From an uncultured Gammaproteobacteria bacterium (lineage in GTDB: Bacteria; Patescibacteriota; Microgenomatia; 0-14-0-10-38-17): a DNA stretch of 64,000 nucleotides. A program made the translations under genes and the position numbers. Where the stretch lies: NCBI GenBank assembly GCA_964348895.1, contig CAYGEH010000001.1, forward strand, positions 384,103 to 448,102. The letters are read 5' to 3'. This document shows positions 19,162 through 30,544 of the stretch, in pieces. Position 1 is the first letter of the stretch, and each line of letters begins with the position of its first letter. Under the pieces are notes generated by a model. That model did no database searches and was not told the origin of the DNA. It saw only the letters and a list, made by a program, of their open reading frames with translations.

Positions 19162-21015
19162 ATGATGTTATTTAAAGATTTAGCTCTTTATCTAGAAAAA
19201 CTAGAGAAGACCGACTCTCGACTGGCGATAACGCAAATCTTAGCTTCTCTTTTAGAAGAAGCTGATTATCGGGAGATTGATAAGTTATGTTATTTGATTT
19301 TAGGATATTTGGCGCCAGCTTATAAGGGAATAGAATTTGCCTTAGCCGACAAAATGATGATTAGGGTTTTGTCTCGAGCCTTTAATTTTGACCAGAAAGA
19401 AGTTCGACAGAAATACAAAATTAATGGCGATTTGGGCATAACGGCCCAAGAATTAAAAATAAGCGAGCCTCAGCAACAAATAGTGTGGAATGATCAAGAT
19501 TTTACCCATTTTAAGTCAGGGGAAAATCAGATTTTAGCCGAGAACCTGACTGAAAAGAAAAATTTTTTAACGATCGAAGAAGTTTATGATTACTTAATGA
19601 TAGTAGCAAAAAGTGAAGGAGAAGGAAGTCAGGAAAGAAAAGTAGCTTTAATGGCCTCTTTGTTGAAAATGACAGACCCTCTTTCGGTTCGTTATTTAGT
19701 GAGAATTCCCCTTGGTAGGCTAAGACTAGGTTTTTCGGAGTTGACTATTCTAGATGCCCTGTCATGGTTAATTTCTGCCGACAAAAAACACAGAGAGAGA
19801 ATAGAGCAGGCTTATAACATCCAGGCCGATATTGGAAATATTGCTCGAATAGTTAAAAAAGAAGGCTTGTCTGGCCTAGAAAAAGCGACAATTTCTCTGG
19901 GGGTGCCAGTTAATTTAGCTCTATGTCAGCGATTGTCTAATGCTGCGGAAATGATCAAGAAAATGGTGACTGAAGACGAAAAGAACGATTTAGTGGCAGT
20001 GGAGCCAAAATTTGACGGCACCAGAATTCAGGTTCATCTTAACTTTGAAGTAGAGGAAAAAAAAATTTGGTTTTTTACTCGAAGCCTAGAAAATGTGGCA
20101 AGAATGTTTCCCGATGTTTCTAGGGGACTAGAACAAGAGTTATTAGTAAAAAATGCAATTTTAGACGGTGAAATTATTGGTTACGATGGTAAAACGGGAA
20201 AACTGTTGCCATTTCAACAAACCATTCAGCGAAAAAGAAAGCATCAGATTGAAGAGGCAATCAATAAAACCCCATTGCGCTTTTATTGTTTTGATATTTT
20301 GTATCTTAATGACCAAAGTTTAATCAAAGCTCCCTTTAGTAAAAGAAGAGAAATTTTAAAAGGGCTAATTAACGACCAAAAACCGAAGCGGAAAGTTTTT
20401 TTATCTCCTCAGATTCTAACTAAAGACCCAGAAGAGCTGAAGACTTATCACCAAGAACAAATTAAAAAGGGACTAGAAGGAGTGGTGGTAAAGAAATGGC
20501 GTGATTCCTACAGTGTTGGTAAAAGAGGGTTTAGTTGGGTAAAGTTTAAGCAAGAAAAAGGCAAGGCCGGCGGTGGACTTTCTGACACCATTGATGGAGT
20601 TGTAATGGGCTATTATCGTGGTCGGGGACGGAGGGCTCAATTAGGAGCGGGGGCGTTTCTTTTGGGGATCAAAAAGTCTCGCGGTGATGATCAATTTCTA
20701 ACTGTTTCTAAAATTGGCACTGGCCTAACCGATGATCAGTGGCGAGAGCTAAAACTTCTTTGTGATGAAGTGATAGTCAACAAAAAGCCGATTAATTATG
20801 AGGTGAACAAAAATCTTTTTCCCGATGTTTGGTGTTCACCAAAGATTGTTGTGGAAATTGAAGCAGATAATGTTACGGTTTCGCCTCTTCATAGCGCTGG
20901 GCTTGCTTTGAGGTTTCCTCGCTTAGTTCGTTTTCGCCAAGATCGTGCCCCCAGACAAACAACCACAAGAGAAGAGCTCGAAGAGTTAAAAAAAATACAG
21001 GAAAACAATAGTTAA
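19162..21015 (+). CDS. ATP-dependent DNA ligase, Lig1/archaeal-type with N-terminal DNA-binding domain
   Basis: Adenylation motif I EPKFDGTR. N-terminal ...TDSRLAITQILASLL... is typical of the Lig1-type DNA-binding domain. Length is 617 aa. Confidence 0.8.
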   Translation: MMLFKDLALYLEKLEKTDSRLAITQILASLLEEADYREIDKLCYLILGYLAPAYKGIEFALADKMMIRVLSRAFNFDQKEVRQKYKINGDLGITAQELKISEPQQQIVWNDQDFTHFKSGENQILAENLTEKKNFLTIEEVYDYLMIVAKSEGEGSQERKVALMASLLKMTDPLSVRYLVRIPLGRLRLGFSELTILDALSWLISADKKHRERIEQAYNIQADIGNIARIVKKEGLSGLEKATISLGVPVNLALCQRLSNAAEMIKKMVTEDEKNDLVAVEPKFDGTRIQVHLNFEVEEKKIWFFTRSLENVARMFPDVSRGLEQELLVKNAILDGEIIGYDGKTGKLLPFQQTIQRKRKHQIEEAINKTPLRFYCFDILYLNDQSLIKAPFSKRREILKGLINDQKPKRKVFLSPQILTKDPEELKTYHQEQIKKGLEGVVVKKWRDSYSVGKRGFSWVKFKQEKGKAGGGLSDTIDGVVMGYYRGRGRRAQLGAGAFLLGIKKSRGDDQFLTVSKIGTGLTDDQWRELKLLCDEVIVNKKPINYEVNKNLFPDVWCSPKIVVEIEADNVTVSPLHSAGLALRFPRLVRFRQDRAPRQTTTREELEELKKIQENNS

Positions 21016-21058
21016 TGATTAAAAAGTTTATTTTTAATCTTTTTAGATTTTTTTAAAA

Positions 21059-21949
21059 ATGTTTTTTGTTCAATTCATTACCTTATTTTTGTTAACTTTA
21101 TTTTTCTCTTGGAGTCTTTTTCTACTAGCTTCGCCGAAGAAAAAGAAACCTGTTAGCCCAGAATCATCAATTTCAATCTTAATGATTATTCTCGAAATTA
21201 TTTTAGTTTTAATATTGGTACTTGCTTCTCTTGGAGAGGCGGTTTTGGGTTTAGTTATGGGGGTGAATTTGATTGGTTTTTTGTTGACTCCTGGACTAGT
21301 GCCTCTTTTGCACGGATCAACTAAGGTGAAGGTAAAAAATTTACGATTAGATTTTTTGGCAGTTTTTTTAATTTCAGCTCTACCGCTGATCTTTTTAAAA
21401 GATTTTCAAGTTTCAAGGGGAGAGGGTTTATTTTTATTATTAATTGGTGTTTTCTTTTTTAGTTGGCGCTGGCACCTATCAAGGCTTCTTTATAAAAGAA
21501 TTGTGATTAAAAAAAAGCGAAAATTAAGTTGGCGTTTGGTTTTAGGATTCTTGTTGGCAACAATATTTTTTCTCCTTTCGTTGTTAATGATTTTTTCTTT
21601 AGAATTAACCCCTTCTTTGTTTATTTTGGGTTTATTACCCTTGGCTTTACTGGTAAGCTTGCCAGAAATCTTAATTAATTTAGAGTTAATCAAAAACAAA
21701 CCCTTAGTCTTCTTGGACGGCTTGTTGTTGCCTCTAGTTTTTAATACCACTTTTATTTTAGGACTAGCTGCATTTTTATCTCCACTTAGAATTACCAACT
21801 TGTTTGTTTATCTTAAAACAGCACTTCTTTTCTTAATTGGTTTTGTTATTTTTTATTTCTTTGCTTGGTCTAAGAGAAGAATTGACCGTTTAGAAGGATT
21901 AATTTTAACTCTTTATTTCTTTTTAGCCTTAATAGTAATTTTGATTTAA
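21059..21949 (+). CDS. polytopic membrane protein, unknown function
   Basis: At least 8 predicted hydrophobic helices. No recognisable catalytic motif. Confidence 0.3.
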   Translation: MFFVQFITLFLLTLFFSWSLFLLASPKKKKPVSPESSISILMIILEIILVLILVLASLGEAVLGLVMGVNLIGFLLTPGLVPLLHGSTKVKVKNLRLDFLAVFLISALPLIFLKDFQVSRGEGLFLLLIGVFFFSWRWHLSRLLYKRIVIKKKRKLSWRLVLGFLLATIFFLLSLLMIFSLELTPSLFILGLLPLALLVSLPEILINLELIKNKPLVFLDGLLLPLVFNTTFILGLAAFLSPLRITNLFVYLKTALLFLIGFVIFYFFAWSKRRIDRLEGLILTLYFFLALIVILI

Positions 21950-21986
21950 AGGCAAAGAGTAAATCTTAAACAGGAGGTGAAAGAAA

Positions 21987-22316
21987 ATGATTAACGAAGA
22001 AGAACGGCAAAAGGCCGTCCTAAATTATTTATTTTTTCCAGCAATTTACTTTTTGGTAATTAAAACAAAGAGTTCTTTAGTTGTTTTTCACGCTAGACAG
22101 GCGTTAGTTTTATTTTTATTTTGGATTCTAGGTAACGTCCTGTTAGGAATAATTCCAGCTGTTCGTTTGTCTTTCTCGCCAGTTTGGAACATATTCTTTT
22201 TTTTGGGTTGGCTTTTTTTAATCGTCAAGGCTTATCAGGGAGAAGAATATAAAATTCCTTGGCTAATGGAAACTGTTTGGACAAAACTTAACAAATTAAA
22301 CAAGAGGAAGAAATAA
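21987..22316 (+). CDS. small membrane protein, unknown function
   Basis: RBS GGAGGTG sits upstream. Three hydrophobic helices. Confidence 0.3.
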   Translation: MINEEERQKAVLNYLFFPAIYFLVIKTKSSLVVFHARQALVLFLFWILGNVLLGIIPAVRLSFSPVWNIFFFLGWLFLIVKAYQGEEYKIPWLMETVWTKLNKLNKRKK

Positions 22317-22324
22317 CTTTTTAA

Positions 22325-22957
22325 ATGCTTATCTCTCGTAAGGAAGCCGGTTTTTTGCTGGCTCAAAAATTAGTTGCGGAAACAGAAACCAAAGAAGCGG
22401 TTTTGCTCGCCATTCCCAATGGGGGAGTAGTTGTGGCGGATCAAATAAGTCGTAGTCTTAGTTGGCCACTGGCTTTAATTGTTACCAAGAAAATCACCGC
22501 TCCCAACAATGAGGAGTTAGCCATTGGGGCAGTGGGCGACAAAGAAGATTCTGTTTTTTTAAACAACGAACTAATTGCTCAGTTAGGAATTGAAAAAGAC
22601 TATCTTGATCGAGAAATTAATTTTAGAATTGCCCAAGTTAAAAGAAAACAAAAAGAGCTTATGTTTAGAACCAGGCCTCTTCTAGCAGGGAAAAAAGCAA
22701 TTATTATTGATGACGGTATTGCTACGGGAGCCACCGTTATTGCCGCGATCAGACAAATAAGAAAAGAGAGCCCAGATGAAGTAATTGTGGCCGCCCCGGT
22801 GGTTTCATTTGTCGCTTTAGAAGAAATTGGAAAAGAGGCAGATAGAGTTATTTACCTTGAATCGCCAAAACTTTTCTTTTCCGTTAGTCAATTTTATCAA
22901 GATTTCAAGCAAGTAAGCGAAGAAGAAGTGAAAAGAATTTTAGCCACCCAAGAATGA
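22325..22957 (+). CDS. type I phosphoribosyltransferase
   Basis: PRPP-binding motif AIIIDDGIATGATV. Confidence 0.65.
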   Translation: MLISRKEAGFLLAQKLVAETETKEAVLLAIPNGGVVVADQISRSLSWPLALIVTKKITAPNNEELAIGAVGDKEDSVFLNNELIAQLGIEKDYLDREINFRIAQVKRKQKELMFRTRPLLAGKKAIIIDDGIATGATVIAAIRQIRKESPDEVIVAAPVVSFVALEEIGKEADRVIYLESPKLFFSVSQFYQDFKQVSEEEVKRILATQE

Positions 22958-23003
22958 TATAATTAGGCTTGTTTTCTTAACCTTTTAATTGTTCTTTTTA
23001 GGG

Positions 23004-23088
23004 CCGTGGTGGCGGAACTGGCAGACGCGCAGGTCTCAAAAACCTGTGGTGGTATCCCATCATGAGGGTTCGATTCCCTCCCACGGCA
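23004..23088 (+). tRNA. tRNA-Leu (anticodon CAA)
   Basis: Acceptor stem GCCGTGG/CCACGGC. Anticodon stem CAGGT/ACCTG with loop CTCAAAA. Long variable arm. T-arm GAGGG-TTCGATT-CCCTC. CCA is not encoded. Confidence 0.8.
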
Positions 23089-23186
23089 CAAAGAATTTTT
23101 TAATTATTAAGTTGCCCAAGAAGATAGCAAATCTTAGTTATTAAAATTTATTGTAGAAAGTTTTGTTTTTTTTGTCCTTGGATTTT

Positions 23187-23260
23187 GGGCTTGTGGGTAA
23201 ACGGCATACCGGCGCATTCGCATTGCGCAGTTCCGGGTTCAATTCCCGGCAAGTCCACCA
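23187..23260 (+). tRNA. tRNA-Ala (anticodon CGC)
   Basis: Acceptor stem GGGCTTG/CAAGTCC carrying the G3-U70 alanine identity pair. Anticodon loop TTCGCAT. T-arm CCGGG-TTCAATT-CCCGG. CCA is encoded. Confidence 0.75.
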
Positions 23261-23413
23261 CAAACAGCACACAGTGTTTTTTAAAAATTATTCTAAAAAA
23301 ACATAAGGTTTTTTAAAAACAACAAAGATTATCGTAGAGATATAATTTAGGGGACACCTTCAAGTGAAGCCGAGAAGTTATTTTGTCGCGAGGCTACATG
23401 TTAAAATAAGGCT

Positions 23414-24001
23414 ATGTTGGCGATTGTTGGTTTGGGTAATTGGGAAGCAAAATATCAAGACACAAGACACAATATTGGCTTTTTGGTTTTAGATCGATTG
23501 GTTCTTAGCACTTTTCCCGAGAAAGGGTGGCAAAAAAACGCTCGGACAAATTGTTTAGTTATAAAAACAGACAGATTTTTATTAGCTAAGCCACAGACTT
23601 CTATGAATTTAAGCGGCCAAGAAATTAAGAAATTAATTGATTTTTATAAAATAGATAGCAGAAATTTATTGATCGTTCATGACGATTTAGACCTTGAACT
23701 AGGAGAAATAAAAATTAGTAAAAATCAAGGTTCGGCAGGACATCGAGGAGTTAGGTCTGTAATTAAAGTTTTAGGAATCAAAGATTTTTGGCGGGCAAGA
23801 ATTGGTATTGGTCGACCCAAAGAAAATCAAAACAAAGAACAAATAGTTAATTTTGTTTTAAATAAGTTCTTTAAAGATGAGGAGAAGGTTTTGGCGAGAA
23901 CACTTGAAGAAGTGACTGACTTATTGCTCTTGGCGATAGAAAAAGGAATAGAGACAGTAAGAGGCAAGAAATCGGCGCTTAACATCAGTAATAGCAAGTA
24001 G
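23414..24001 (+). CDS. pth: peptidyl-tRNA hydrolase
   Basis: LAIVGLGN...YQDTRHNIGF N-terminal signature and GHRGVRS motif. Confidence 0.85.
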   Translation: MLAIVGLGNWEAKYQDTRHNIGFLVLDRLVLSTFPEKGWQKNARTNCLVIKTDRFLLAKPQTSMNLSGQEIKKLIDFYKIDSRNLLIVHDDLDLELGEIKISKNQGSAGHRGVRSVIKVLGIKDFWRARIGIGRPKENQNKEQIVNFVLNKFFKDEEKVLARTLEEVTDLLLLAIEKGIETVRGKKSALNISNSK

Positions 24002-24035
24002 TTCTTTTTTAGACGTTAATTTAAAATTAAAATTT

Positions 24036-24887
24036 ATGCCTAATTCTTCTGATGACTTTATTCCCGTAAGTGATGTTCTAAAAAGATTTAATAAAGACGA
24101 GGATAAATATATTTCTCGAGAATTTCAAAAGTATGGTTATGATTTAGCTTATAGCCTAGGAGATTTAAAGAATAAATCTCTTTATATTAGCTTGGCCAAA
24201 AAAGAACCGCGAGCCTTGCTGGAAAAAATAAAACATCAAGTGCTGGAAACAGGCAAGGGGGTAAATTTGGGTAAGTTGTTTATGTGGCAATTAAAACAAG
24301 CTCATTGGTTAAAAAAACTGAACAAGACCCGTTTACCTAAGGAATTTTACTTTAACTCCCCCCAATTAATAGCCAAGAAACTTTTAGGTCAAATTTTGGT
24401 AACCCAAGACCAGTATCGAATTTTACGAGCCGGAGAAATTACCGAAACAGAAGGTTACTTAGACGAAAAAGATTTAGCTTCTCACGCTCGATTTGGTAAT
24501 CAAGGGCGATCAAAAACAATGTTTAGTTTTTCGGGACAAGCTTATGTTTATTTGGTTTACGGTCAACATCACCTGTTTAATGTTGTTGCCCACAAAGAGG
24601 GTGAAGCAGGAGCCGTTTTGGTTAGATCCCTAAAGCCGTTAGTTGGTGGCAAGGGAAGAATTGCTGTCGGACCAGGAAAATTAACCTCTTGGTTAAAAAT
24701 TGATCAAGGTCACAATGAACTAGACTTAGTTTTATCGGAGAAAATTTGGATAGCCAAGGGCAAGAGTTTACCCAAGGAAAGAATTAACTCTGGGCCCCGC
24801 GTTGGGGTTGCTTACGCCAAAGAGTGGGCCAGTAAGCCTCTTCGTTTTTGGCCAAAATGTTGTCGATATGTTAGTAAAGACGACTAG
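24036..24887 (+). CDS. 3-methyladenine DNA glycosylase (Mpg/AAG family) with a roughly 100-aa N-terminal extension
   Basis: ETEGYLDEKDLASHARFG...YVYLVYGQHHLFNVV...GPGKL matches the Mpg core. The first roughly 100 aa have no counterpart in typical 200-aa Mpg proteins. Confidence 0.7.
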   Translation: MPNSSDDFIPVSDVLKRFNKDEDKYISREFQKYGYDLAYSLGDLKNKSLYISLAKKEPRALLEKIKHQVLETGKGVNLGKLFMWQLKQAHWLKKLNKTRLPKEFYFNSPQLIAKKLLGQILVTQDQYRILRAGEITETEGYLDEKDLASHARFGNQGRSKTMFSFSGQAYVYLVYGQHHLFNVVAHKEGEAGAVLVRSLKPLVGGKGRIAVGPGKLTSWLKIDQGHNELDLVLSEKIWIAKGKSLPKERINSGPRVGVAYAKEWASKPLRFWPKCCRYVSKDD

Positions 24888-25084
24888 AGGCTAGTTACTT
24901 TATTTTTTTTATTTACCATTTTAAGGTTAACGACATCTGTTGTCGGGGATTTTCGATTAAGACCGAGGCCAACCAAAACAAGATCAAATCGGGAACAAGC
25001 AAGTTTGTCTTAAAGTAAAAATAAAGACGAGGAGATCGTTTATCTTCTTGTCAAGGGACCTTTTTTTCTGTTAAATTTAATTTA

Positions 25085-25543
25085 ATGATCTTCCCTAGAA
25101 AGGTTTTTAAGCTTCTTTATCTTCCAGTGTTAGTGCTTATTTTAGTGATGTTTTTGATTATTAATGGTTGGTCAGCCTGGCAAGAAGGGGTGCTCTTGGG
25201 CGCAGGGTTAGTTTTAGGCTGGTTTCTAATTTCTGCCTATCTTAATTTAATTAAAATTCCCCAACTTTCTCTTGTTTTTTTATCAGCTGTTTTTCAGGTT
25301 GGATTTCTCCTGTTTTCTTTCTGGCTAGTAATTTCTAATCAAATGCTTTTGGCCTCAGGGGTTGCTTTGGGGGTTAATATTTTCTTTGTTAAGGAGCTGA
25401 TTGTTGATTATCAAGCAGAAGACAAAATGCGCCTAAAAACAAGATTGTTTAATAATATTAACCCATCCGATCGTTTAGTTTTAACCTATTTGTTAGTTTT
25501 TATTTTACTAGTTGTGTTGTTGGCTTTCTTTGTGATATATTAA
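25085..25543 (+). CDS. small polytopic membrane protein, unknown function
   Basis: Four to five hydrophobic helices. Confidence 0.3.
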   Translation: MIFPRKVFKLLYLPVLVLILVMFLIINGWSAWQEGVLLGAGLVLGWFLISAYLNLIKIPQLSLVFLSAVFQVGFLLFSFWLVISNQMLLASGVALGVNIFFVKELIVDYQAEDKMRLKTRLFNNINPSDRLVLTYLLVFILLVVLLAFFVIY

Positions 25544-25571
25544 TTTTTAAGGATATTTTTAACTAAAGAAA

Positions 25572-26336
25572 ATGTTTGATTTAACAGGAAAAATTGCTTT
25601 AGTAACTGGAGCTTCTCGTGGTATTGGTCGGGGAATTGCCGTTTGCTTAGCAAAGCAAGGAGCAAGTGTGGCGGTTAATTATCACTCTTCAGCCAACGAA
25701 GCCCAAGACGTGGTAAAAGAAATTGAAAGTTTGGGGCAGAAAGCAATTGTAGTTAAGGCTGACGTTGCCAAAAGTGATCAAGTTAAAACGATGGTAGAAA
25801 AAGTAGTTCAGGAGTTTGGCAGAATTGACATTTTAGTTAATAACGCTGGGGTTTTAAATTTCAAAATGCTAGATCAAATAACGGAAGAAGACTGGGATTG
25901 GGTGATTGATACCAATCTTAAGGGCCAGTTTCTCTGCGCCAAGGCGGTGGCCCCCTTAATGGAAAAAAATAATTGGGGCAGAATAATTAATATTGCTACT
26001 ATTGCCTCTGGCGGAGTTGGGGTTGGCTATCCAGCCCTGTCTCATTATTGCGCTTCCAAGGGCGGGACAATTGCTTTGACGGAAAGCTTGGCAATTGAAC
26101 TAGGACCAAAAGGAATTAATGTTACCGCAATTGCCCCGGGAGCGATTGAAACCGACATGATCAAAGACTTGACGGGAAATGAGCACGTTAAACAAGGAAT
26201 ACTGGCCCGTTTACCGATTAAAAGAATGGGTCAACCAGAAGATATTGGTGCCGCGGCTGTTTTTCTTGCTTCAGACGAGGCCAGCTATATGGCTGGTTCA
26301 GTGATTTATGTTGATGGTGGCTGGTTAGCCACTTGA
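25572..26336 (+). CDS. short-chain dehydrogenase/reductase, FabG-like 3-oxoacyl-ACP reductase
   Basis: TGASRGIGRGIA cofactor-binding motif, NNAG motif, and the catalytic S...Y-x-x-x-K region (YCASK). Confidence 0.8.
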   Translation: MFDLTGKIALVTGASRGIGRGIAVCLAKQGASVAVNYHSSANEAQDVVKEIESLGQKAIVVKADVAKSDQVKTMVEKVVQEFGRIDILVNNAGVLNFKMLDQITEEDWDWVIDTNLKGQFLCAKAVAPLMEKNNWGRIINIATIASGGVGVGYPALSHYCASKGGTIALTESLAIELGPKGINVTAIAPGAIETDMIKDLTGNEHVKQGILARLPIKRMGQPEDIGAAAVFLASDEASYMAGSVIYVDGGWLAT

Positions 26337-26355
26337 AGCAATTTATAAGAGAATA

Positions 26356-26544
26356 ATGTCCAAGCTGGCTATTGATCAAGAAAACTGCGTTCGCTGTGGA
26401 GCTTGCGTGGCAAGTTATCCTGATTATTTCGAATCCAAAGACAATCTCTTTTTAGCTAAAGAGGTTGAAGTTGACCAGCAAAAAACAAAAAGCGTTTCTA
26501 GTGTTTGTCCAGTCGGAGCTATTGGTGAAAAAAAACTACTTTAA
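26356..26544 (+). CDS. small single-cluster [4Fe-4S] ferredoxin
   Basis: C-x-x-C-x-x-C (CVRCGACV) plus a distal C-P (VCPVGAI). Length is 62 aa. Confidence 0.7.
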   Translation: MSKLAIDQENCVRCGACVASYPDYFESKDNLFLAKEVEVDQQKTKSVSSVCPVGAIGEKKLL

Positions 26545-26639
26545 GAACAAAAAAGTTGTAGCCAAAGGTTCTTTTTAGTCTTCTTTGAGCCATCTTCTTG
26601 AAAAAAACATTTTTTTAAAATTAGTTTTTTTGACTCGCC

Positions 26640-27629
26640 GTGTTTACAAATATTTGCTTGGGGGATAAAATAGGCGATATGATAAGAGAGATTGACAATT
26701 TGGCCAAGCAAACTGGGCTAAAACCAGCCCAAGCGGAGGGCTTGCTTAATCTTTTTTGTCAACAGATTAAAAACCAAGACCTTTTGATTGCCACTGGTTT
26801 AGCCAAATCTGTTCTTGATGATTTTCGGAGTAAAATCAGTAAATATCTTCTCCCATCTTCTGATAAAACAGTTTTTAATCAGGAAGGAGCTAAGTGGGTC
26901 CAAAAGATTAATCCCCAACCATTCAAATGGCAAATGTCGATATCTGGTAAAATGCCAAAAGCATTGGATAACATTTTTATTCAGTTTTCCAAAAAAAGAG
27001 ATAAGGCTAATCGAAAACTAGATCAGTTTCGGGCCACAAAAGAAACGGTTTGGCGGCGAGCTGCTCTAATGAGGGATCGGGGTGATTTAGATGGTCGTCG
27101 CCTTCTGTTCTTAGGTGATGCCGATTGGACTTGTTTGGCGGTAGCTTTCTTAAAGCAGGCTAGGAGAATTTTTGTTCTTGATATTGACGAGAGGGTTCTT
27201 GATGATCTAAAAGAAGTTAGTCAAAGCGTCGGCTTAAAGATAGAATGCTTAAAGCACGACTTGGCTAACCCCCTGCCAAATCATTTGTTTGGTAATTTTG
27301 ACGTAGTTTTTTCTGACCCTCCCTATACTGATAGGGCTGTTAATTTATTTTTGTCTCGCTCAATTGAAGCGCTTGACAAAAACCTTGCCAGTCGTATTTT
27401 CTTTTGCTACGGCCAAAGCGATCGGGCTCGGGAAAAAACCTTGAACATTCAGGGATTACTTAACCATTCTGGATTATTAATAGAGGAATGTTTGCCTAAG
27501 TTCAATCGCTATCTCGGGGCGACCTCAATTGGCTCTTCAAGCGCTTTATATATTAATAGTATAACAGCAAAAACTAAGCCAAGCATTGTTGGTCGGTTTA
27601 CTGCTCCAATTTACACTTGGCAGAAATGA
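26640..27629 (+). CDS. DUF43/BpsA-like methyltransferase-fold protein (possible branched-chain polyamine aminopropyltransferase)
   Basis: A GDAD motif (compare GDDD of BpsA) in LLFLGDADW, plus a downstream SDPPYT motif. The assignment is tentative. Confidence 0.35.
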   Translation: MFTNICLGDKIGDMIREIDNLAKQTGLKPAQAEGLLNLFCQQIKNQDLLIATGLAKSVLDDFRSKISKYLLPSSDKTVFNQEGAKWVQKINPQPFKWQMSISGKMPKALDNIFIQFSKKRDKANRKLDQFRATKETVWRRAALMRDRGDLDGRRLLFLGDADWTCLAVAFLKQARRIFVLDIDERVLDDLKEVSQSVGLKIECLKHDLANPLPNHLFGNFDVVFSDPPYTDRAVNLFLSRSIEALDKNLASRIFFCYGQSDRAREKTLNIQGLLNHSGLLIEECLPKFNRYLGATSIGSSSALYINSITAKTKPSIVGRFTAPIYTWQK

Positions 27630-28160
27630 AGCAAAAACTAAACGCGGAATATCTTCGTCATCAAAAGCCAGCCTCTAAACAATTAAAAGAGCTTAAGCGC
27701 CAATTAATATATCTTATTATTGATGATGTTTTAGACACCTATAACATTGGGGCGATTTTCAGATTGGCTGATGCGGTGGCGGCAAGCAGGGTTATTATTT
27801 GTGGACGATCAGAAACCCCCCCCCAACATAAAAATTCACCGAGCTGCAATTGGCACCGATAAATGGGTGCCATGGCAATATTGTGCTTCAACCTCAGAAG
27901 CGATTAAGAAGTTAAGAAAAGAAGTTGCGGGATTACGGGTTTTTGCAATTGAACAGTCAAGTCAAAGCGTTGATTATCGACAAATTAATTATTCTTTGCC
28001 GATTGCCCTGGTGGTTGGAAATGAAACCAGTGGGGTTAGTGACGAGGCGCTGTCCTTAGTTGATCAAGTTTTGGAAATACCAATGTGGGGGTTTAATGTT
28101 AGCTTAAATGTGATGATTTCTTTGGCGATTGTTTTGTGGAAAGTGATGGAAAAGAATTAG
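27617..28160 (+). pseudogene. SpoU/TrmH-class RNA 2'-O-methyltransferase interrupted by a frameshift at a C9 homopolymer (27816-27824)
   Basis: Frame A has LIYLIIDDVLDTYNIGAIFRLADAV...ICGRSETPP. Frame B continues NIKIHRAAIG...ALVVGNETSGVSD...NVSLNVMIS (SpoU motifs). Removing one C restores a single ORF. Confidence 0.7.
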
Positions 28161-28403
28161 ATTCTTTGAAAAAAGACTTTAGATGGCTGGAGTGTAATCA
28201 AAAACAAGGGAAGCTAAGTTTTTCCTGATAAATTGGCACCTTTTTAGTCTTGCTCTCCTTAAGTGCTTGCCTTGTCTTTACTTCTTTGGGCCCTCGTGTT
28301 AATATAATATTTGCCTCGTTTTTAAATGAGGTGCTTTTTTGTTCTTGGCACTTTGACAAATTAGTTGATTTATACAGACAACAAATGTTATTCAAATAAC
28401 ATT

Positions 28404-28423
28404 GGCATTCGGAATGTGGTAGG
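28404..28423 (+). promoter_or_regulatory. 5' arm of the pre-16S rRNA processing stem
   Basis: GGCATTCGGAATGTGGTAGG pairs over 20 positions (one mismatch, one G-U) with CCTACCACATTCGGAGTGCC at 30359-30378. Confidence 0.6.
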
Positions 28424-28498
28424 AAAGCCCGGGATATATTAATTATTATTAATATGTACCGGATCCAAACCAAGATAGGCTTAGGTTTATCTTGAGGT

Positions 28499-30263
<1,765 letters not shown>

Positions 30264-30358
30264 TAGGAGAAAATAGTCTTTTTGCCTCTCACGGTAAAAG
30301 GACTCTAAACTTTTTCCAAAATCAAAAATATCAACGGATGTTTTGATTTTATTATTTT

Positions 30359-30378
30359 CCTACCACATTCGGAGTGCC
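30359..30378 (+). promoter_or_regulatory. 3' arm of the pre-16S rRNA processing stem
   Basis: Complementary to 28404-28423. Confidence 0.6.
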
Positions 30379-30384
30379 AAAAAA

Positions 30385-30410
30385 CCCCGCCTGACACGGC
30401 GGGGTTTTTT
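30385..30410 (+). terminator. intrinsic terminator between 16S and tRNA-Ile
   Basis: CCCCGCC-TGACAC-GGCGGGG perfect GC-rich 7-bp stem followed by TTTTTT and preceded by AAAAAA. Confidence 0.5.
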
Positions 30411-30544
30411 AATGGGAAAGAAAAAGAAAAAGTAAGCTTGGCTTTGTGATAAGATAGGAAAGATAATTAGCAATTCGAAATTAAAGATTAAAAAAGATAA
30501 AATCACCAACACGTGACAAGGATTGGTGATAAGCAAATCGAATA

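Noticed and set aside
28198-28473. 91-aa minus-strand ORF in the rRNA leader
   Set aside because: It overlaps the rRNA promoter and processing-stem region. It has Cys-rich, low-complexity composition and no RBS.
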